DNA of 64,000 nucleotides from a virus: IMG/VR virus record IMGVR_UViG_3300045941_000233, positions 40,286 to 104,285 of that record; one strand, 5' to 3'. Shown piece by piece: positions 58,176 to 64,000 of this stretch (position 1 is its first letter; each line of letters starts with the position of its first letter). The notes under the pieces were generated by a model. It saw only the letters and a program-made list of their open reading frames with translations, ran no database searches and was not told where the DNA came from. The position numbers and the translations under genes were made by a program.

Positions 58176-59120
58176 ATGCATCCTCTCCCGCCAACAATGA
58201 AGTCCCCTCGCGACCGCCGGCCTGGCGCGTACCGCGAGGGCGTGCTGCAGATCCATATCACGCGGGCTTGCGATAAGTCCTGCTTCGGATGCACTCAAGG
58301 CAGCAACCTTGGCGGCAAGCCGGTAATGATGGCGCCGGAGCAATTCGAGGCCGCCTGCCAGAGCCTGGAAGGATATTGGGGCGTTGTCGGGGTGTTCGGC
58401 GGCAATCCGGCCCTTCACCCGCAGTTCGATCAAATCTGCGAAATACTCCGCCGCTACTTTCCGAAAAAGCAGTGCGGCTTGTGGTGCAACAATTTGCTTG
58501 GCAAAGGCGAGCACGCACGCGCGACCTTCAACCCGATGGTCAGCAATCTAAACGTCCATCTCGACCAAGAGGCTTACGACGAATTCAAACGCGACTGGCC
58601 GGAGTCGAGGCCGTTTGGCTTGCACGACGATTCGCGACACTCGCCGCCGTTTGTGGCGATGCAGGACGTCATTCCGGACGAAGAGGAACGCTGGCGGCTG
58701 ATTGGCCAGTGCGACGTCAACCAGCACTGGTCTGCCATGGTCTGCACGTTCCGCGGCGAGCTCCGCGGGTACTTCTGCGAGCTCGCCGGCGCCCAGGCGA
58801 TGCTTCATCAGCACGAACCGGACTATCCGGATCTGGGGCTGCCGGCCGTTCCTGGCTGGTGGAATCAGGGCATGGAAGCATTTGACGCGCAAGTCCGGTT
58901 CCACTGCCACGCTTGCGGAATCCCCCTTCGCGGATACGGAGAATTGGCAATCGGCGGAAAAATCGAGGAAGTCAGCAAAACCCACCTTCCGATTTTTAAG
59001 CCAAAACGACATCAGGGCCGCGAAGTTCGGCAGATCCTGAAGATCGAGGAAATGCAGATCGAAAAGGACTCGCCGGCTACCAACTATCTACAGAAAGCGG
59101 GGGCGATATGGGGACGGTAG
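58176..59120 (+). CDS. radical SAM protein
   Basis: ITRACDKSCFGC, FGGNPALHPQF, additional Cys (C..., YFCE, CHAC). Confidence 0.85.
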   Translation: MHPLPPTMKSPRDRRPGAYREGVLQIHITRACDKSCFGCTQGSNLGGKPVMMAPEQFEAACQSLEGYWGVVGVFGGNPALHPQFDQICEILRRYFPKKQCGLWCNNLLGKGEHARATFNPMVSNLNVHLDQEAYDEFKRDWPESRPFGLHDDSRHSPPFVAMQDVIPDEEERWRLIGQCDVNQHWSAMVCTFRGELRGYFCELAGAQAMLHQHEPDYPDLGLPAVPGWWNQGMEAFDAQVRFHCHACGIPLRGYGELAIGGKIEEVSKTHLPIFKPKRHQGREVRQILKIEEMQIEKDSPATNYLQKAGAIWGR

Positions 59121-59413
59121 TGGTCGAAAAAAAGCCAGACCAAAAAATACTTCCGGCCTGCAGCATCGAGCCGCTGAAATCCTATCGAGCGGTCAGGGTT
59201 GACGCTCACGATGACACAGAACGCAAGTGGTGCAATGAAGGCGACATACTTGTGTCCATTCAGTGCCAGCTTGGCGGCAGAGAAGTTCTGAATACCAGAA
59301 CGTCAAAGCTACTGCTTCGATCAAATGGGTTTGTGGAACGGGTTTTTTGTGTTCGGGATTTCAGTGTCCAGTCAGTTTCAATTGCCTTCGACGACAACGA
59401 AATGCCGGCATGA
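59108..59413 (+). CDS. hypothetical protein
   Basis: Coupled ORF. Confidence 0.4.
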   Translation: MGTVVVEKKPDQKILPACSIEPLKSYRAVRVDAHDDTERKWCNEGDILVSIQCQLGGREVLNTRTSKLLLRSNGFVERVFCVRDFSVQSVSIAFDDNEMPA

Positions 59414-59613
59414 GCCCCAAGCCATCCAAGCCAGAAATCGAAGTCACTTCGATCGAAAAATGCCCGTCCTGCGGCGGCTCTCACATTGCCGTCGAGATGC
59501 TTCGCCTCGACAGGCCAAACGAACGCGGCAGCACCCACCGCGGAATCTGCCCGGTGACTGGCGCGGTGTTCATGGGGACTAAGAACAACAAGCCACTGTT
59601 TGTTCGGCGATGA
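59410..59613 (+). CDS. small Zn-finger-like protein
   Basis: CPSCGGSH...CPVTG; ATGA overlaps. Confidence 0.5.
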   Translation: MSPKPSKPEIEVTSIEKCPSCGGSHIAVEMLRLDRPNERGSTHRGICPVTGAVFMGTKNNKPLFVRR

Positions 59614-60335
59614 AAGCGGTCACTGTCAGCGTCAATTTCGCCGATCTGCTTTCAATTTCGCTGCCGCGGAATGCTGTCCATTTCGAGCGAATCGTCGTCG
59701 CATCGACGCCGCAAGACAGCGACACCGCCCGGGTCGTTGCTGGCGTCACAAACGCCGACCTCTTCACGACGGACGCTTTTTATCGCGACGGCCGCACGTT
59801 CGGAAAGTGGCTGGCACTTGAAGAGGCTTTAGACCGTCTGGGGCGCGACGGATGGATTTGCGTTTTCGATGCCGACGTCGTGATGCCGCCGGAGTTTCTT
59901 CAGTACGACTACCGGCCCGGTTTTCTCTACTCGCCTTACCGCCGAATGATTGCGGACCCTCGCGAATATCGCGACGGACTGGACTGGAATTTCCTGCATC
60001 ACGTTCAAGACAAAGAATTCGCCGGATACTGCCAGGTTTTCCATGCTGACGATGAAGTGCTGCGCAATGTGCGGCCGTGGTACGGAACGGACTGGAAGCA
60101 TGCCGGCGGCGGCGACAGCGATTTTCAGTTCCGCTGGCCACCGCGGCGACTGATTCGCCTGCCGTTCCACGTCCTGCACTTGGGCCAGGATGGACGGAAT
60201 TGGATGGGTCGTGTTACTCCATACCTCGATGGCACCATCCCGCCGGAAGCCGCGGCGAGGGCGGCGCAGATGAGCGAGATGATGCGAGTGAGGCAGGAGA
60301 GCGGCGGCCGGCATGAGCATGAGAAGCTGAAGTGA
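59610..60335 (+). CDS. GT2-like glycosyltransferase
   Basis: WICVFDADV, GYCQVF, AGGGDSDF, VLHLG. Confidence 0.72.
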   Translation: MKAVTVSVNFADLLSISLPRNAVHFERIVVASTPQDSDTARVVAGVTNADLFTTDAFYRDGRTFGKWLALEEALDRLGRDGWICVFDADVVMPPEFLQYDYRPGFLYSPYRRMIADPREYRDGLDWNFLHHVQDKEFAGYCQVFHADDEVLRNVRPWYGTDWKHAGGGDSDFQFRWPPRRLIRLPFHVLHLGQDGRNWMGRVTPYLDGTIPPEAAARAAQMSEMMRVRQESGGRHEHEKLK

Positions 60336-61237
60336 AAATCCCAAATCGCATGTCGTTTTTCTGGGGCGGCGGCCCGCTGTCCTGGATGCGATACATGACC
60401 CTGTGGTCGTTTCGGCTTCAAAACCCCGGCTGGGACATTCATCTCTATCTGGCGCCTACATGCCAGAACAAAGCCACCTGGACTAGCAACGAGCAGCAGG
60501 ACTGTTCGCCGCCGATGACGTGCCGCGACCACCTGCCCGAGCTCGCTGCTTGCGGAGTGAAGGTTGAGCAGTGGATCCCGCCGGCCGACTTCGCCACCAT
60601 GTCGCCGGTTCACATGGCCGACCTTTGCCGCTGGGGCGTGCTTTCGAAGTTTGGAGGCTGGTTCGCCGACACGGATATCCTCTGGGTCGATTCCATGAAG
60701 CGGGTTCAGGACCGCTACGACAGCGATGCCAAAAACCACGAAGCACGGCGCGGCCCCGGATCGTTCAAGGCGGCCGACGTCGCCTTGCCGTTATGCCGCG
60801 ACTGGCTGCCGACCGGACTGATTGGCGCCGTTCCGGATAATCGATTTTCGGCCGACCTTTACATGATGGCCCGAAATTCGGCCGACCCTCGCGGGTATCA
60901 ATCGGCCGGCCGCAGCTTGATTCTGAAAGTATGCGGACTGGACCCGGTTTTCCCGGCCGACAAGCGCGAAGTCGTGCGCGGCCTGACGACCGGCTTCCCG
61001 GGCGTCGTGTTTTGGTTAATGCACCACCTGACTTGCTATCAATGGGAGTGGTTCGACGCGCATGTCATTTTCGATCAAGACAAAGAAGTGCTTTTGGAGA
61101 CCGTCGGCATTCACTGGTATGCCGGATCCCGCGTAGGCCAAAAGTTTAACCGGCTGTTGGATGGCCACAATTTCCGCGGCTACAAAAACACGTTTTGCCA
61201 CTATGCGGCCAACTTGCTCGACGGGAAATTTGAATGA
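60332..61237 (+). CDS. GT32-like (DxD sugar-binding) glycosyltransferase
   Basis: KIPNRMSFFW, SF..QNP, ADLCRWGVLSKFGGWFADTD, IHWY. Confidence 0.82.
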   Translation: MKIPNRMSFFWGGGPLSWMRYMTLWSFRLQNPGWDIHLYLAPTCQNKATWTSNEQQDCSPPMTCRDHLPELAACGVKVEQWIPPADFATMSPVHMADLCRWGVLSKFGGWFADTDILWVDSMKRVQDRYDSDAKNHEARRGPGSFKAADVALPLCRDWLPTGLIGAVPDNRFSADLYMMARNSADPRGYQSAGRSLILKVCGLDPVFPADKREVVRGLTTGFPGVVFWLMHHLTCYQWEWFDAHVIFDQDKEVLLETVGIHWYAGSRVGQKFNRLLDGHNFRGYKNTFCHYAANLLDGKFE

Positions 61238-62100
61238 GCGATTCGGACGTCGGGGTTGTGTACTTCAATCATGGTACGTCGCACTGCGCCCGTCTGGTCG
61301 TATCGCTGCTGTCGCTCCGCAAGCGTTACGACGGTCCGGCGACGATCCTAGATACCGGTTCATCCGACGGAATCATCGAGCAAATCGCCGGCGACGTTCA
61401 GTTATCGGTGTCCGTCAAGAGAATCAAAATCAAGGCGCTTCGCCGGCATAGCTGCTACGTCAGGAAAGCCAGCCTTTGGCGGGAGTCACCCTACCGCGCG
61501 ACGTTGTTCCTCGATGCCGACACGCTGATTGCTCGATCGATCCGGCCGCTGCTGGACATTATCGCCGACGACAGCAACCCGGGCTTTGTCGTGACTCGGT
61601 TTGCCGACTGGATTTCTACCGGAGATATCATTTCCGCGCGCATCCGGCAGTGGCGATCGGTTGAATGCGACGGCCTGGACGTGGAAAGAATGGTCCGCCA
61701 AAGCCTCGACTATCCGCACCCGGCGCTGAATACGGGCGTTATGGGCTGGCGCACTGACTCCGCCGATACGCTTGGCCGCTGGGAGAAGCTGACAGCCGCC
61801 GGCCACAAGTGCAGCTTTACCGATGAGCTCGCGGCGCAGTTGATCGTCCGCCAAGAGAAGCACACGCTATTATCGTCGCGATTCAACGCCAGTCCGATTT
61901 ACTACCGCGGCGATGACGTCATTATCTGGCACGCGCACGGCCGCAAGCATCTATCACGCGCCGACGGCCGCGGCCATGAAGCGAACGCGATCTGGGAGCC
62001 TGTTTTCAGGGAAGCTTTCGCCAATAATGCCGGCGGGATATGCGACTGGGCGCCGGCGGGAGATGCCACGCTGGCCAACAATATGAAGCTATTTGCCTAG
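61234..62100 (+). CDS. GT8-like glycosyltransferase
   Basis: SPY..TLFLDADT, LNTGV, DE.A, RFN, IWHAHG. Confidence 0.75.
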   Translation: MSDSDVGVVYFNHGTSHCARLVVSLLSLRKRYDGPATILDTGSSDGIIEQIAGDVQLSVSVKRIKIKALRRHSCYVRKASLWRESPYRATLFLDADTLIARSIRPLLDIIADDSNPGFVVTRFADWISTGDIISARIRQWRSVECDGLDVERMVRQSLDYPHPALNTGVMGWRTDSADTLGRWEKLTAAGHKCSFTDELAAQLIVRQEKHTLLSSRFNASPIYYRGDDVIIWHAHGRKHLSRADGRGHEANAIWEPVFREAFANNAGGICDWAPAGDATLANNMKLFA

Positions 62101-62454
62101 CTGTTCTAGTTGCCGCAGTACGTCCGCCGCAAAAAAGATAAATTCCGGGACGATCCTCTTGGGCTTGCTCCGGACTCGCTTGATTTTTGCGTGAGCCAGC
62201 GGAGTAAACCCGTCGCCGCCGTACTGGCAACTCGTCAGATCAACTTCCGTTCCGCACGGGAGCCGGTTCCAGTAGTGCGGTTCGCCGTTGACTGTGCCGG
62301 CGACTATTTTACCGCCCATGGTTCCGGCGATCATGCAAGCAACATGGCCGCAACAATAGCGGAGACTGCCGCCCTGAACGGCAAGAGATGCCTTGCGAAG
62401 CCGGCGAAGATGCCTGGCAGTTTCTGGCGAAAGCTTATCAAGCGGAGTAGCCAT
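62089..62454 (-). CDS. YunG-like hypothetical protein
   Basis: C..VA...GGKI...HYWNRLP.G..VDLT..Q. Confidence 0.6.
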   Translation of the reverse strand: MATPLDKLSPETARHLRRLRKASLAVQGGSLRYCCGHVACMIAGTMGGKIVAGTVNGEPHYWNRLPCGTEVDLTSCQYGGDGFTPLAHAKIKRVRSKPKRIVPEFIFFAADVLRQLEQLGK

Positions 62455-62670
62455 TTATTCACTCATCCAGCACGGGGTCAGCAATTCGAAAGCTTCGTCG
62501 GCCGGTTCGAGATGCCGCGGGACCGTATCTTCTTTAACCAGCGCGATGCTGCGCTTGTCTTCTATCACGAATTCCGCCTGATGCCATCGCGCCAGCTTTA
62601 GCGCAGCATCGACCGCGGAGTCTGTTTCGCCAAGCAGCCGGCCGCCGGCCGAAAAAATTTCGTAGGTCAT
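62455..62670 (-). CDS. hypothetical protein
   Basis: Abuts neighbours; AAGG SD. Confidence 0.5.
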   Translation of the reverse strand: MTYEIFSAGGRLLGETDSAVDAALKLARWHQAEFVIEDKRSIALVKEDTVPRHLEPADEAFELLTPCWMSE

Positions 62671-62687
62671 TCCGTTGCCTTCCTTGA

Positions 62688-62984
62688 TTAGTCAAACATC
62701 GACTGCGGGACAAACACGGCCGGCCCGACGATATCGATCACGGAAACATCGTAGGCCGATTTTCCATGCCATTCGCGAAAGACTCTTGTCGCGACGTCGT
62801 TCTTCGGGAGCCCCATCGCGCGACCATCTTCATTGACGAGCATGAGCGTATCGCTGTCTTGCGCGGCGAGCTCGACAAAGCCGCCGACATACGACTGTAG
62901 TTCCTTGAGCGTGAACGTCTTCCCGTTCGCGGGAGCAATGTCGCGAGCCGGTTTTCCTGGTTCGATCAATTGGGCGCTCTTCAT
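62688..62984 (-). CDS. DUF3846-like protein
   Basis: FTLKELQSYVGGFVE..VNEDG..LPKN.VAT..IVG. Confidence 0.8.
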   Translation of the reverse strand: MKSAQLIEPGKPARDIAPANGKTFTLKELQSYVGGFVELAAQDSDTLMLVNEDGRAMGLPKNDVATRVFREWHGKSAYDVSVIDIVGPAVFVPQSMFD

Positions 62985-63416
62985 TTATTCCCCTTTGGTG
63001 AAGTAACCATAGACACAGCGCGTACCATCGCGGGAGTCTTCGAAGGTGTCGTGGATAACGCCGTCGATCACGGCCAGTAAATGCTTGCTGACGACCACGA
63101 CAAGCCGCCCTGCTGGGAGCTCGCCGGCCCGCAAGTGCACCCGGCAGCCCTGGCCGATTTTCATCGTCGGCACCCATCGCCAGCCGAGCGATTGCATACA
63201 CTTGCGCACGGTTGCCGAATAGGCGCCGCCGCGCGCGGTAGTTCGGCCCGTCTTCCGCCGGCCGGTGCGCTCGCACTTGCCGAGCTCATTTAATCGGTCG
63301 TAGATGGCTTGATATGGCAAGCCGGTTGCAATCGCGATAGCGCGGCAAGCGCAGTCGCGCGCGGCGCCTTTGTATCCGGCCGCGGCGCGGCCGCCGTCGT
63401 TATATTGAAACTTCAT
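62985..63416 (-). CDS. conserved phage hypothetical protein
   Basis: MKFQYNDGGR..DCACRAIAIATG..HLLAVIDGVIHDT. Confidence 0.7.
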   Translation of the reverse strand: MKFQYNDGGRAAAGYKGAARDCACRAIAIATGLPYQAIYDRLNELGKCERTGRRKTGRTTARGGAYSATVRKCMQSLGWRWVPTMKIGQGCRVHLRAGELPAGRLVVVVSKHLLAVIDGVIHDTFEDSRDGTRCVYGYFTKGE

Positions 63417-63826
63417 GCGGCCCGCCTTGCCGCCGCCGCGGCCGCCCGAGGATATCCGCCGGCCGTCTGGCGAGCTCGCCGCTGCTGGCGAGCGTATCGC
63501 GCCCCGAGCCATTCCAGGTCATTATCGATCGCGCACAAAATCAGCCAGTCGGCGACTTGCTGCCGCCGGCCGTCGCGCAAGCTTCGCACTGTCACAAGAT
63601 GGCCGCCGGCAATGTACTTCACGGCCGGCCCGCCTTTGACCGCGGGAAAATACTCGCGATTGGCGAAGCTTTCGACAATCCAAGGATTCCGGCATATCGG
63701 CCCGCGGCCGACACCCCCGAGGGGCCTGAAATCTTGCAAGTACAAGATTTGCCCGAGCTCAATAACGCCGATGCCGCGCGGATTATGGCCGCCGCGGCGC
63801 CGCTGGCTGTGGTACTGTCTCAGCAT
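63413..63826 (-). CDS. hypothetical protein
   Basis: AAAGGGG SD before ATG 63826; ATGA overlap with next gene. Confidence 0.55.
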   Translation of the reverse strand: MLRQYHSQRRRGGHNPRGIGVIELGQILYLQDFRPLGGVGRGPICRNPWIVESFANREYFPAVKGGPAVKYIAGGHLVTVRSLRDGRRQQVADWLILCAIDNDLEWLGARYARQQRRARQTAGGYPRAAAAAARRAA

Positions 63827-64000
63827 TGGTTTCCCCTTTCGATTTTTGGATCCACCTAGACCACTTTCAAAAAACGCAAGTCGGCCGGCGGCAGAGCTCA
63901 TTGACCCCTTGCATGCGCAGCATTGTTTCGCCGTCGAAACTTTCGACAGCAACCACTTTGCCGAGCCAGCCGGATTCAATCGACCGCGCATAGCGGCCGA

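Noticed and set aside
1-64000. tRNA/rRNA genes, integrase, att sites, contractile sheath
   Set aside because: None recognisable by eye; cannot decide between prophage and free phage from this window

Overview
The window is a gene-dense segment of a tailed (HK97-fold, probably siphovirus-like) phage or prophage. Several genes look planctomycete-derived, so the host is probably Planctomycetota. Almost everything from 1 to 62100 is on the + strand. It contains TerL, portal, prohead protease, major capsid, head-tail joining genes, tail tube, a tail chaperone with a -1 frameshift site, and a tape measure gene. Two things stand out. (1) Just after TerL is a cassette with its own promoter. It holds an unannotated array of seven ~60-bp stem-loop units (stem, 9-nt variable, TGAAA[C/T]CG[A], 9-nt variable, stem) running into a nuclease-less IS110/Nop-domain gene. 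This is a TIGR-Tas-like RNA-guided system whose last units also encode the protein N-terminus. (2) Very long (Ser-Ser-X)n proteins and short Ser tags occur in structural-region proteins. They accompany about 20 sugar-synthesis, transfer and modification genes: Gmd, KdsB, DegT aminotransferase, GT-D, Maf-like, GT2/4/8/32/34-like enzymes, methyltransferases, radical SAM enzymes and a 2OG oxygenase. An IscU-like scaffold is also present. Together these suggest phage-encoded virion O-glycosylation. All family calls come from motif recognition by eye; no searches were run.
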